56,204 bases of DNA from a virus (taxonomy: Duplodnaviria > Caudoviricetes), in IMG/VR virus record IMGVR_UViG_3300049098_000061, positions 1 through 56,204 of that record. One strand, written 5' to 3'. The position numbers and the translations under genes were made by a program. The stretch's first letter is position 1. Each line of letters begins with the position of its first letter. The notes below the pieces were generated by a model, which had not been told where the DNA came from, ran no database searches, and was given only the letters and a program-made list of their open reading frames with translations. Positions 8,968 to 18,594 of the stretch are shown piece by piece.

Positions 8968-11624
8968 TCCTCCTCTGGATTATACTCTAACATATCCGCT
9001 AAGTTGTAGCCTTCCTCTGCCTCGGCTACGAATGGAACAGATGGAGTAAATCCAAACTTGCTTTTAGTTTCAATATTTGTCATGCCGTCCAATATGACTC
9101 CTGCATAAGTGTTTACCTTATCAATATCGACTTCCCATACTATCGAGTCATGTATAAACAGAACAGGTTTGCACTCATTTCTTTTGTAACTCGGCCTCTT
9201 GATTACATTGTCTCCGCCCATTAAAGTATAGTCACTACTCGGGCCTTGGATAAGTACATTGATTCCAAATCTCTCTGCTTCTCTCTGCACTTGCTTATCG
9301 TCCGAGTAGATATTAGGAATAGGGATTCTCCTACCAAACACAGTAGTAACGCACCCTCGCTTCTCCATCTCTGCAATTTCTCTCTCGTGCCAAGGTGCTA
9401 TGTCGGGATATAGATTGAAAAATCCCTCTCTCCATTGTACTGCCTCGTAATCACTTAACCTAACTCCAAATCCCTGATAGGCATAGTTCCTTAATCCGTA
9501 GGCACTCATTAAGTAGATCAAACCGAAGTTGACTGCCTTTGCATTCTGCCTCATCTGCTTAATACTATCTCCATTCAATCCCATAGTATTAAGCTGTTCG
9601 ACCATACTCGCCTTCGTTCCTATGTCCACAGGATTACCGGCTAGCTCCGCACCTGTAAATAAATGGATGTCTCCCTCGCGTTTGAAGATCTCTTTCATTA
9701 CTCGATCTCCAGAGACTTCTGCTGTCCATCGTAGCTCGCTCATGCTATGGTCAGTCTCTAACAACTTCTTACCATCAGGAGCTACGATAAGTCGTCTAAT
9801 CAGTGCTGCGGGTTTACTTCTCTTTGGAAAATTTTGTACGCTAGGTCGCCTCGCTCCTGTTCTGCCAGAGCTAGTATAGGTGAGTGAGTAGGTGGGATAT
9901 AGTTTACCATCAGGAGCTATGTTCTCGTCGATCTGTTTTATATACCGACTTCGCAGAGTATGGTACTCGCCCCACTCCTGATAGATCCTTATCAACTCTT
10001 TTGCTTTCTCATTAATATCTCTGTCTAGTAGTACTTTCAATACTGCTTTGTTCACCTTTGGTAACTTCGTTTTTGGGGATAGCTCAAGGGGAGTTATCCC
10101 AAATCCTATGTCTATCTCCTCGTCCTTATCCTCGTACTTAAATAGGCAGTCCATCAAAATGGTACGTCTAGTCAGTACGAATTTATCGTAATGCTTACCC
10201 TTAACAGGCTCGGGACACATCTCCTTAAATTTCTCTACCGTCTCTGTAATATGATCGGCTATCTCCTCGGACACTACCGGTAACTGAAACTCGTCTACCT
10301 GTACTCCATTCCTTTCTAACTCATAGAGTATGCCCATCTCTATAGGATGAGCAAAATTGACATAGTAATTTAAAGTCTCTCTATCAATAGCTAGTTCTTT
10401 TATTTGAGCTACTGCTACTCGCAATGTGGAGATAGCATCGAAGCATGCTCGCCGATTGAACTTGTCTCTATCTACCCGCAGTTGGGTTAACATATCCTCT
10501 AGCTCTGTCTCTGTCCACTCCTCTTTATACGCAGATGAGATATTACAATAACTCTCTAGTAAGTATCCTAAATTTGCGTTGGAGTACCTCGGTGCATCGA
10601 AGGCGTGTGCGAGTAGGGATATGTCAATCAAATTTCCTTGGAATTGCTCTGGATTTGTAACATCTATTCCTAGTTGCTCAAACCTATGCATTTCATACTT
10701 CTGATTCATGTAGTACTTTTGAATATCTTTCCGAGCAACTAGCTCCGCTAGCTCCGCTACTTTCCTATCGAATCCCTCGCTCTTTTTTATTCCTACCCCT
10801 ACTACCTCTCTGCTCTTTTTTGTGCCTCCTCGCTCTACTAGGATTACCCTATCCTTATCTGGATCATTTATAGCACACTCCTCGTATAAAATAATATTCC
10901 AGCCTTCGGAGTCATTAGCAGCTACCGAATAACTTATGGTGATAGAGTCATCGGTAAACCATTTCAGCCCTTGCGTCTCCGTATCGATTGCAGTAACATA
11001 GCACGAGTCATCCTCGGATCTCTGAAACCCGCCATCTAGTAGATCTCTAATAGAGTCAGTCTCCATGTAGATAAAATCATCGTCATCCTTTACTTGAAAG
11101 TCGTTTTCTATAAACTCTCTCACGGTTCGGAATACTCGAATAAAGTTATCTTCCTCGTTTGCGTTACGGAGTATGTATGCAGGATGCCAGTTAGGTAGTA
11201 CCCAACAATGGAACTCGTCACTCCAATAGTAATTGCCTCGGGCTTTCTTAATGCCCTTCATGTTCATTACTTGCTGTAGAGCGATTGCTCCTAGCGGTAC
11301 TATTAATTTAGGATTTATGTGATAGATTATTGTCTCTAGATTAGTTCGACAACTTTTAAGGATGGAGTTTACTTCTTTTTGGGTGAGGTTATCTTTCTCG
11401 ATCATACACCTAGCAGAGTTTGCGAAAAAACAAATCTCTCTAGGGATTAATTGTCTATCTAATGTGTTTGTAAGTAGTCGCCCACTCCTACCAACAAACG
11501 GCACTCCCTCTTTAAGTTCCTCGTATCCTGGAGACTCGCCTACAAACATAATACTTGCCTCTAGGCTGCCCTTGTAATTAGTCTCCTTTTTACCTGCTAG
11601 TAAGCAGTCACAGTGATCGGCCAT
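8964..11624 (-). CDS. Family A DNA polymerase with N-terminal family-4 uracil-DNA glycosylase domain and 3'-5' exonuclease (SPO1-like architecture)
   Basis: UDG: FVGESPG..E...PFVGRSG, WHPAY; exo: IDTET; pol: TSSGR, D.S..ELR, RQNAKAVNFGLIY, IHDS. Confidence 0.93.
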   Translation of the reverse strand: MADHCDCLLAGKKETNYKGSLEASIMFVGESPGYEELKEGVPFVGRSGRLLTNTLDRQLIPREICFFANSARCMIEKDNLTQKEVNSILKSCRTNLETIIYHINPKLIVPLGAIALQQVMNMKGIKKARGNYYWSDEFHCWVLPNWHPAYILRNANEEDNFIRVFRTVREFIENDFQVKDDDDFIYMETDSIRDLLDGGFQRSEDDSCYVTAIDTETQGLKWFTDDSITISYSVAANDSEGWNIILYEECAINDPDKDRVILVERGGTKKSREVVGVGIKKSEGFDRKVAELAELVARKDIQKYYMNQKYEMHRFEQLGIDVTNPEQFQGNLIDISLLAHAFDAPRYSNANLGYLLESYCNISSAYKEEWTETELEDMLTQLRVDRDKFNRRACFDAISTLRVAVAQIKELAIDRETLNYYVNFAHPIEMGILYELERNGVQVDEFQLPVVSEEIADHITETVEKFKEMCPEPVKGKHYDKFVLTRRTILMDCLFKYEDKDEEIDIGFGITPLELSPKTKLPKVNKAVLKVLLDRDINEKAKELIRIYQEWGEYHTLRSRYIKQIDENIAPDGKLYPTYSLTYTSSGRTGARRPSVQNFPKRSKPAALIRRLIVAPDGKKLLETDHSMSELRWTAEVSGDRVMKEIFKREGDIHLFTGAELAGNPVDIGTKASMVEQLNTMGLNGDSIKQMRQNAKAVNFGLIYLMSAYGLRNYAYQGFGVRLSDYEAVQWREGFFNLYPDIAPWHEREIAEMEKRGCVTTVFGRRIPIPNIYSDDKQVQREAERFGINVLIQGPSSDYTLMGGDNVIKRPSYKRNECKPVLFIHDSIVWEVDIDKVNTYAGVILDGMTNIETKSKFGFTPSVPFVAEAEEGYNLADMLEYNPEEE

Positions 11625-11654
11625 GTATTCCCTCCCTGTAGTAATGAATAACTA

Positions 11655-11683
11655 ACCATACTAAAAATAAGTGGTTTTGTCAA
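11655..11683 (-). promoter_or_regulatory. Sigma70-type promoter upstream of DNA polymerase
   Basis: TTGACA-17 nt-TATGGT, ~30 nt before the ATG; GGAGGG RBS. Confidence 0.7.
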
Positions 11684-11697
11684 TACCTAATTTGAGA

Positions 11698-12189
11698 CTA
11701 TGCGAGGAGTGGGCCAAATACCATGTTGTTACTAGCGTCTAGAATTACTCGTCGTTTTTGGTTAGGTCGTAACTTCCCAACCTTGTGCGGGCCTTCTAGT
11801 ACTCTTGGAGTGTATCCTTTTTGTAGTAACTCAACATATTCTAAAGTACCCCACGGAGGGATACTCTCTAGTTTACTGTAGTACAAACCCACATGATTTC
11901 TTATCTCGAACAGGATTAACATATACTCTTTCCATTTCCTGTACTCTTTACACGACTCACCAATACTCTCTATCACTTCCCCATTAGTGACTAAGCGATC
12001 CTCCTCTATAAATCCAATTTGGAATAAGTAGTCATCTACTTTCTCTCCATCATTCTCAAATGCTATGAAGGCAGCAGAAAGTTTATTCTTGTCTCCGTTC
12101 GCCCACTCTACTAGTTGCTTCAAACGCTCGGCGGGATTTGGAGCGTTACCCGTAGTCAATGGTATGTCCATAAAAGGTAGTAGTTTCAT
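11698..12189 (-). CDS. Hypothetical protein
   Basis: 163 aa ORF with ATGA overlap to upstream gene; no motif recognised. Confidence 0.6.
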   Translation of the reverse strand: MKLLPFMDIPLTTGNAPNPAERLKQLVEWANGDKNKLSAAFIAFENDGEKVDDYLFQIGFIEEDRLVTNGEVIESIGESCKEYRKWKEYMLILFEIRNHVGLYYSKLESIPPWGTLEYVELLQKGYTPRVLEGPHKVGKLRPNQKRRVILDASNNMVFGPLLA

Positions 12190-12632
12190 ATTAAAAATGG
12201 ATCTATAAAATTGTTTACTAGGTTCTGTCTACTTCTAAAAGGTCTTATCTTAATGTAGGCGTTTTGCTCGACCGCATCTGCCTCAGTCATAGTGCTACCG
12301 CCTCCACCACTCGCTCCTATAGATAGCTCTCTCCCAAGACAATACTCGACATGGATAATGTTATACGGAGGTAGAGTAGATATATTATTATGCCAAAATA
12401 CTAGGCATCCCTCCTCGGCGACACTAAATGAATTTTGATTAAATCGATTGTATAGATCCTGTGCTCGCCAGTCTCCTGATCGTGGTAGGTATCCTACTGA
12501 CTTTAGAATCTCAATAATAAACCCGCTACAATCAAAACCTACTAGTGGGTCATCTCCTCCCCACTTGTAAGGAAGGCCTAGAAAAGATAGTGCTACTTTA
12601 GTTGCAATCTCTACTGATCTAGTATCTCGCAT
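12186..12632 (-). CDS. NlpC/P60 cell-wall peptidase (probable endolysin)
   Basis: LGLPYKWGG...GFDCSG...HV catalytic signature. Confidence 0.88.
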   Translation of the reverse strand: MRDTRSVEIATKVALSFLGLPYKWGGDDPLVGFDCSGFIIEILKSVGYLPRSGDWRAQDLYNRFNQNSFSVAEEGCLVFWHNNISTLPPYNIIHVEYCLGRELSIGASGGGGSTMTEADAVEQNAYIKIRPFRSRQNLVNNFIDPFLI

Positions 12633-13597
12633 TAGTAGTCTCCTTTAAGTAACTCGTGCCCTTTCCATCTGTCTACCCACTCCTCGATCTCCCATATTTG
12701 TCCTGCCTTGATCCATGCTCTATGCTTTTTGCATTTACTAAGTATATCTCGCTCCATTCTTCCCGCTGCACTTATGACTAGTTTGGATTTCTCTTTCATC
12801 CAAGTATGCAGATTTCTTCGACCACCAAACATATAAGTAGCAATGCCTCGATTCCTTTGATAGTCAGAACTATTCCAAGCGTATCCTCGCTTGTCTCCAT
12901 GATGACATAGCGAGTCTCCGATCCATACGTGCTTTCTTTGTCCTAGTACTGCCATTACATAATTCATGAAGTTCTCACCACCACCATAGATGCCTAACTC
13001 ATCGGGCCATGCTCCTATCTCGTCCATGAATGACTTATGGATTATCATACCACAAGTAGACATTGCAGGAACCTCAATACATCTGTGCTTCTCATATTTC
13101 TTTTGACTCAAAGTGTGAAAAGTATAGTGGTAGTCTGACTTAGGCACTTCTACTACTGCCTTATACATTAGCTGTCTTGGCTCTAGTATATGGTAAGTCA
13201 AAGGCATGTGGAGACTACCATTCAGTTCCTTGTAGTATTGCTGGTAGTACTTCACTGCTTCCTCGGCAGAGTGAGGCATTATACAGTGACTATCGATAAA
13301 CCAGTAGATGTCTCCTTTTGCTTCTAGCATACCAAAATTTTTGCAATGCCAGTGCGAGAGTTTATCTGTATAGTGAAAGTATCGGAGCCACGAGTTACCC
13401 GTCTTCGTCCACTCCTTTGCCATGCTTGCTACGTTTTTGCTCCCTCTGTCTTCTTTCATAGTACTTTGCAGATTGTCTATCGCTAAGACTTCGTGATCCA
13501 CGTTTACTAGCGCCTCGTGAATGCTTCTTAGAGTGAATGCTATTTGAGGCCACTCTCTTACGTAAGGAACTATTACGCTTACTTTTTGTTTTCCCAC
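12632..13597 (-). CDS. Glycosyltransferase, GT2/GT-A fold
   Basis: VSVIVP, IDN, FIDSH (DxH metal site), YGGGEN; DSH and GGEN recall polypeptide GalNAc-transferase-like GT-A enzymes. Confidence 0.85.
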   Translation of the reverse strand: MGKQKVSVIVPYVREWPQIAFTLRSIHEALVNVDHEVLAIDNLQSTMKEDRGSKNVASMAKEWTKTGNSWLRYFHYTDKLSHWHCKNFGMLEAKGDIYWFIDSHCIMPHSAEEAVKYYQQYYKELNGSLHMPLTYHILEPRQLMYKAVVEVPKSDYHYTFHTLSQKKYEKHRCIEVPAMSTCGMIIHKSFMDEIGAWPDELGIYGGGENFMNYVMAVLGQRKHVWIGDSLCHHGDKRGYAWNSSDYQRNRGIATYMFGGRRNLHTWMKEKSKLVISAAGRMERDILSKCKKHRAWIKAGQIWEIEEWVDRWKGHELLKGDY

Positions 13598-13659
13598 GGC
13601 TCCCTCTCACCTGCTTTACTGCTTCGTGTAAAGCTATTAAAATGTCTCGCTCGTGTTTA

Positions 13660-14118
13660 CTACACCGCAACTCGTCTATCCGTTCCCTCAACGATTGATT
13701 CTCTCGGAGTCTTCTTTCTATTTTCAAAACCCCTCCAGTAGAGTATCTCTTTTTTAAACTCTGAAAATCCTCCTCGTAGATATTGATTGCTCGTAAGCTC
13801 TGCAATCACTTCAATCTTAATGGACGCGAAGTATACTACTGTAGACTGAATACTCTTGATCTGTTTGGTTGCCTCCTCGTTATCTCTTATGAGTTTAAGG
13901 AAGCCTTTGCTCCATTTTAAATACCCATAATAGTCGATAACAAATTGCGTCTCGCTGTCCACGATAGCGCCTAAGTACTCGGCATACTTAGTATAGGCAA
14001 GTTTTCCTTTTCTAACGTTAACTAGCGCACTCTTGCCTATAACACCGCTAGTCACTCCCTTGCTTATTACTTCAGACTCGAACAGTCTTTGGTATTTCAC
14101 AAAATTTAGTTTCCCCAT
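13660..14118 (-). CDS. Hypothetical protein in glycosylation cluster
   Basis: 152 aa; overlaps upstream stop; no motif recognised. Confidence 0.5.
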   Translation of the reverse strand: MGKLNFVKYQRLFESEVISKGVTSGVIGKSALVNVRKGKLAYTKYAEYLGAIVDSETQFVIDYYGYLKWSKGFLKLIRDNEEATKQIKSIQSTVVYFASIKIEVIAELTSNQYLRGGFSEFKKEILYWRGFENRKKTPRESIVEGTDRRVAV

Positions 14119-15083
14119 ATCTTTTCGACTTTGCGCTTTTCGAGATAAGTAGTAAGAATATGAACTAGCTCCCCTATTCTATGTCTGTCAAGATGTCTCT
14201 TGTTTATTATGCTTACTCCTCTGTTTACTATCTCCTGTAGCTCGTCCATGTTCCCATTCCAAATACTCTTTGCTACATTGACTAGATTCTTTTTATTGTA
14301 GAATTTACACACTTCCTCGCCATCGAATAATTCATTATGTCCATTAAAATAATCGGTCAGTAGTAACGCTCCACTCCCCATAATCTCAAATGTCTTAGCA
14401 GGAGGCGAGCTTAGTCTTCCACAATCACTAAAACAGCATCGGTACTTAGCGACACATGCGGGGTATCTCGCGTGCCCTACTCGCCCTTCGATGTTTATAA
14501 GTCCGTGACTTTTTAAAGCGTACACTGCCTTGAATCTGTTCTGATAGACTCCTGACCATTTCATTCTCCGCTCGGCCCCTCGTCCAATGAACCCAATCTT
14601 ATACTTCCGGTACTTTAAAGGCACTCCTTGATTTTTTATAAACTCCCTTTCCGATACTGAGAACGGCAGCCATACACTAGGAATGTCTCTTAGTTTATCT
14701 ATTATGTATCCTCGCTGGATTATTAAGTTGATCCTATGCTCTATTAGCCAAGATTTTTGGTTGGGAGTCATAGCCCACCAATCACACTCAATACTGACTT
14801 TGGGGATACTACTACTCGCAAATCCTTTCGGAATCCATGCGTATACATTAGTCATCGGATAGATCATGACTACATCTGGCTTGAACTCCGATACTAGATC
14901 GTCAAAAGTTATTTTACTATGATAAAATTTTTTCCCAAAAGGAGTAGGCACTCCCGGCCCATAGGTAATTAACTTTATGTTAGGTAGCTCGTTTAGTTTT
15001 GAGACAAATCCAAAATGCACTCTTCTCGCTACGTTGTTAGAGTCTCCGTTAGGGTTGTCTCGATACAGGAATAAAATTCTCAT
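14106..15083 (-). CDS. Glycosyltransferase, CgeB/Glyco_trans_1_2-like GT-B
   Basis: W.PFSV, IGFIG, Y..R, KTFEIMGSGALLLT, C-terminal H....R pattern. Confidence 0.8.
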   Translation of the reverse strand: MRILFLYRDNPNGDSNNVARRVHFGFVSKLNELPNIKLITYGPGVPTPFGKKFYHSKITFDDLVSEFKPDVVMIYPMTNVYAWIPKGFASSSIPKVSIECDWWAMTPNQKSWLIEHRINLIIQRGYIIDKLRDIPSVWLPFSVSEREFIKNQGVPLKYRKYKIGFIGRGAERRMKWSGVYQNRFKAVYALKSHGLINIEGRVGHARYPACVAKYRCCFSDCGRLSSPPAKTFEIMGSGALLLTDYFNGHNELFDGEEVCKFYNKKNLVNVAKSIWNGNMDELQEIVNRGVSIINKRHLDRHRIGELVHILTTYLEKRKVEKIWGN

Positions 15084-15877
15084 AGGTAGTTTAATCGTCT
15101 AAGCATTACTAGAGGCTCGCCCTTAAAGACATACCTCCAATTCGGCAACTCCTGTTTCCATCTTCCTATATTGTTCTTTCTTACTTTCTGATAAAATCCA
15201 GATAGTAGCGGTTCGTGATCTACTCCAATCCATGCTGCTAGTTCCGTAAGTACTCGCAATGGTTCTGAGATTAGTTGCTCAAATCGTATGGTGTAGCAAT
15301 ACTCTGGCTTTATTTTCTTTGCGAACTCTAGCCATTCTTTAACTCCCTCGTACCATAGACTAGCTCCGCCTCCAAATCTGTACCTCCTACGAGAACACAC
15401 ATTGTCTCGACCATCTCGCAGTACATATATAACTTTGAAGTCAAGCCCCAAATCCCGTAGCCTTCTTAGAGTCTCTACTTCTAGTACTTTGTCTCCCCAA
15501 TACTTATATTTTGAAAATAGAATCGTTTCTACTGTCCATATCCACTCTCTTCTATCTTCTTGGTCTGCTATACTTCGGAAGTATTCTTTACGACACTTAT
15601 TGAAAAAGTCATCGTCAAAAGTAGGAGGTACATCCCAATAATGCTCCTCGCTCTGGTTCCACTTCGTCTTTAAGGATAGCTTACGGAAGTAGTCTTCAGC
15701 AGTAGTAGGGTTTCTTTTTATTGAGGATATTCTAGTGCCGGTCGGAGAGTCATACATCAAAAACTCATTGGTGATCCAAATATCAGGATGAGAATTGACC
15801 ACTCGCTGAGTGAATGTTGTACCACTTCGACCTACTCCATGAACTATAAGTCTAGGCAACAGTCCAATTCCTTTCAA
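15080..15877 (-). CDS. Sulfotransferase
   Basis: 5'-PSB loop GVGRSGTT, SHPDI, 3'-PB RDGRDNVCS, RFEQL, IGRWK. Confidence 0.88.
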   Translation of the reverse strand: MKGIGLLPRLIVHGVGRSGTTFTQRVVNSHPDIWITNEFLMYDSPTGTRISSIKRNPTTAEDYFRKLSLKTKWNQSEEHYWDVPPTFDDDFFNKCRKEYFRSIADQEDRREWIWTVETILFSKYKYWGDKVLEVETLRRLRDLGLDFKVIYVLRDGRDNVCSRRRYRFGGGASLWYEGVKEWLEFAKKIKPEYCYTIRFEQLISEPLRVLTELAAWIGVDHEPLLSGFYQKVRKNNIGRWKQELPNWRYVFKGEPLVMLRRLNYL

Positions 15878-16712
15878 ACATCTCCATGATACTCGTTATG
15901 ACTTTCCACCTCAAATGCCTACCGTCGTCTCCTCGCCATCTATCTGCTATCTCGGCAGCTATCTCATAGGAGGGGAAGTAGTAAACGTTTTCAGTCTCTC
16001 GCATAAACAAATCAGCCCCTACTCGCACGATAGACTTAGAGACACTATTAGCGGTGATAACGTCTACATCATCTCTGAATGTTGCATTCAAAGGAACAGG
16101 AGATACAGTCAAGATTATTTTAGCTTCTGAGTCATGCTCTCGTAGTAGTCTATACATACTCGCTAGATCGTTTCTAACGTCCTCGGGAGTCTGGATATAG
16201 AACTCGTGCTTATTCAGATCCAATACTCTATTAGGTGGTACTTGAAAGAAAGTAGCTCCGTCAACTTTACTTCTCCAAGTCTCTGCCAAACCTAGAGTAA
16301 GTATGATCACTTCTGCTTCCTCGATAGCTTTTCTTGACTTGGCTCTATGTTCATTGAATGAACGTCTCGCATCTTTGATAAGATAGGAAGTACCTCGCCT
16401 ATACGGATCAACTAAATGCATATCGTCCACAGGCCACCATCTTTCCGCTACTTCCCAATCACTCTTAAACGAGTATTCAAATATCTGTCTCATGCACGCA
16501 CTGTTGTAGACAAAATCCCAATGTGCCGAGGCTACTATCTTGTTTCGGATAGGCTCATGCACTAGATAGTTGTACCCATGCTTAAGCAGTCTATTGCTTA
16601 TATGAAAAGCGAAACAGCTCCCCATAGAAGTTAACTTAGTTTCTTTTGTTATTAACTTCTCGCCTCGCTCAAACTTACTCATCCTATTTTTAAGCTGCGG
16701 GAATAACTCCAT
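15852..16712 (-). CDS. GSCFA-domain protein (SGNH-like, putative sugar acyl-esterase/transferase)
   Basis: Literal GSCFA motif plus TLGLAE, TVSPVPL, SKS, YFPSYE, D.RH. True start may be ATG ~16683. Confidence 0.88.
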   Translation of the reverse strand: MELFPQLKNRMSKFERGEKLITKETKLTSMGSCFAFHISNRLLKHGYNYLVHEPIRNKIVASAHWDFVYNSACMRQIFEYSFKSDWEVAERWWPVDDMHLVDPYRRGTSYLIKDARRSFNEHRAKSRKAIEEAEVIILTLGLAETWRSKVDGATFFQVPPNRVLDLNKHEFYIQTPEDVRNDLASMYRLLREHDSEAKIILTVSPVPLNATFRDDVDVITANSVSKSIVRVGADLFMRETENVYYFPSYEIAAEIADRWRGDDGRHLRWKVITSIMEMFERNWTVA

Positions 16713-17220
16713 GTGGTTTAATCATCCTCGCCGGTGCTCCAGCATATACTCCTTTTGCTATTAGAGATCTAGTTACTACTGATCCTGAGCCTACTATTAT
16801 TCCATCGCTTATCTCGACTCCGGGATTTACATGGACTCCAGATGCGAGAAATACTTTACTACCTATCTTGCAAGGCATGTGTGTTCCATCAGGTGTCTGA
16901 TGTAGTAATGTTACTCTAGGGCCGATAAAAGTATCGCTCCCGATTACTACTCCTGGGGATATTATCGAGTGACACTTTATTATTACTTTGTCGCCTATTC
17001 TACAATCTTTCCCTAGTCGAGTATAACTTCCTATGACTACATCCGTACCGATCTTACTACCTTCCGGTATCTTAACGTAGTCACTTATTTTTATATTAGT
17101 TTCGATTACTACATTCTTTTCGATAAAACAAAATTTTCCTATAGCCACATCTCCTCCGTGTTTAAAGGTGGGGTGAATATGACTACTCTCTCCACCTAAA
17201 TAGCTATTACCACTTTCCAT
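16690..17220 (-). CDS. Hexapeptide-repeat (left-handed beta-helix) acyltransferase
   Basis: [IV]Gxxxx repeats; GSGSVVT and YAGAPAR terminal motifs. Confidence 0.85.
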   Translation of the reverse strand: MESGNSYLGGESSHIHPTFKHGGDVAIGKFCFIEKNVVIETNIKISDYVKIPEGSKIGTDVVIGSYTRLGKDCRIGDKVIIKCHSIISPGVVIGSDTFIGPRVTLLHQTPDGTHMPCKIGSKVFLASGVHVNPGVEISDGIIVGSGSVVTRSLIAKGVYAGAPARMIKPHGVIPAA

Positions 17221-18007
17221 CCCAGTCTCCTTCCCTACGTGCAGGATTGCCGTAGTATACTCCTGGCTCGTCTATTGTTCTTACTACATTTGATCCCATG
17301 CCAATTTTTACTTCACTGCAAACTCTTACGTTATCTCGTATCACAGTATGCATACCGACTAGTACATTGTCTCCTAGTGTAGCCGAGCCTCCGACACAAA
17401 CGAACGGAGTGAATGCACAATACTTGCCGGTCTTAACATTATGTCCTATGTTCACATAACTACCGATATGATTATATGCTCCAATGCGAGTAGAGCCTAG
17501 CGAAGCTCTATGAATAGTAGCATACGGGCCGATCTCTACTCCCTCGTCTATGACTACATTCCCCATATGCTTCATTTTTAAAGGACGCTCCATAGTCTTA
17601 GGATCATAGACTATTCGCATTGCATCTACTCCTATCATTGCAGTAGGATGACAAACAACAGTAGGTGAAATCAAGTTCACTCTAGGAGGCTTATTACTAT
17701 TAAGATAGTTGTGTACTCTGATAAATTTATACTCGACCTCATCGAAATAAAAAGGTCGCATCTTGCCTAGTAGATCTTTCTCTAGCTTCTGAACTATCGA
17801 CATTAGTTTAGGAGCGCACATGGTTATGATTGTCTTATTGCCAGAACGTAACGTATCTACTAGCCGTACTAACCACTCGTTGTTCTTAACAAAAGTGATA
17901 GAGTTATCCTCTAGCTCGTCTGCTGCACAAGTCGTCTCCATACCTCGTATGATGTTCAAGAAGTCTTCAAAAGGTAACTCGGTCGGATTAAAAGTCTCCC
18001 TCATCAT
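17207..18007 (-). CDS. lpxD: LpxD-like N-acyltransferase
   Basis: N-terminal ITF-containing domain; HMGNVVI...EIG...TIHRA.LGST.IG...IGHNV..G match LpxD, including the catalytic His region; shorter than canonical LpxD. Confidence 0.65.
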   Translation of the reverse strand: MMRETFNPTELPFEDFLNIIRGMETTCAADELEDNSITFVKNNEWLVRLVDTLRSGNKTIITMCAPKLMSIVQKLEKDLLGKMRPFYFDEVEYKFIRVHNYLNSNKPPRVNLISPTVVCHPTAMIGVDAMRIVYDPKTMERPLKMKHMGNVVIDEGVEIGPYATIHRASLGSTRIGAYNHIGSYVNIGHNVKTGKYCAFTPFVCVGGSATLGDNVLVGMHTVIRDNVRVCSEVKIGMGSNVVRTIDEPGVYYGNPARREGDWDGKW

Positions 18008-18594
18008 AATCTTTCCTCCTTTGGTACTTTGCCTACTACTCTTGCCGGATTGCCATAAGCTATACAGTCTTTTGGGATATCTTTTGTTACTAGTGATCCT
18101 GCCCCGATCATTGCGTTAGTGCCTATGTAAACATCAGGTAGTACGGTCACTCCTATAGCTATCCTCGCCCCGTCTCCTATTTTATACCCCTTTACTTCAA
18201 AGTCAAGGCAGTCTCGCTTATGGCACATTTTAGTATCATTAGCTCCCACAAACAGAGGAGCTATAAAAACATTCCTACCGATAGATACTCCTCTAGTTAT
18301 GTGACATTGAGCATGAATTAAAGTTCCGTCGAGTACAGTACTTCTTCCCTCAAAGACTGTCAGATGCCCAATTACGCAACCATTGTAAATTCTAGTATGT
18401 GGACGTAGTACTGTCCCGTGTCCGATGAAAGTGTTTTTGCCTACTAGACAATTCTCCTCTATCCGTACACAGCTAGAGATCCTCGCCCCGTCTTCTATTA
18501 CTGATCCTTTTTTAATAATAGTAAACGGCTCGATAGTTACTCCGCTTCCAATTTCTACTTCTAAATCAATTACTGCGCTTGAGTGTATACCCAT
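18004..18594 (-). CDS. Hexapeptide-repeat sugar N-acetyltransferase (WbpD/WxcM-like)
   Basis: LbH repeats, FIAP.....ND, IGAGSLVTKD, YGNPAR. Confidence 0.85.
   Translation of the reverse strand: MGIHSSAVIDLEVEIGSGVTIEPFTIIKKGSVIEDGARISSCVRIEENCLVGKNTFIGHGTVLRPHTRIYNGCVIGHLTVFEGRSTVLDGTLIHAQCHITRGVSIGRNVFIAPLFVGANDTKMCHKRDCLDFEVKGYKIGDGARIAIGVTVLPDVYIGTNAMIGAGSLVTKDIPKDCIAYGNPARVVGKVPKEERL

Noticed and set aside
13395-13805. 136-aa ORF and a G GGT TTT slippery-like site near 13725-13732
   Set aside because: A -1 shift there meets TGA at once. The alternative ORF is in the +1 frame and overlaps the GT2 gene by ~200 nt, so it is not supportable, though a short TTG-initiated gene cannot be excluded.
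18162-18494. Repeated ATCCTCGCCCCGTCT
   Set aside because: Simply encodes the DGARI hexapeptide repeat twice within one acyltransferase.
16690-18594. Calling the two short LbH proteins LpxA (complete LpxA-C-D pathway)
   Set aside because: Both lack the LpxA C-terminal helical domain and end in G[NA]PAR like sugar acetyltransferases.
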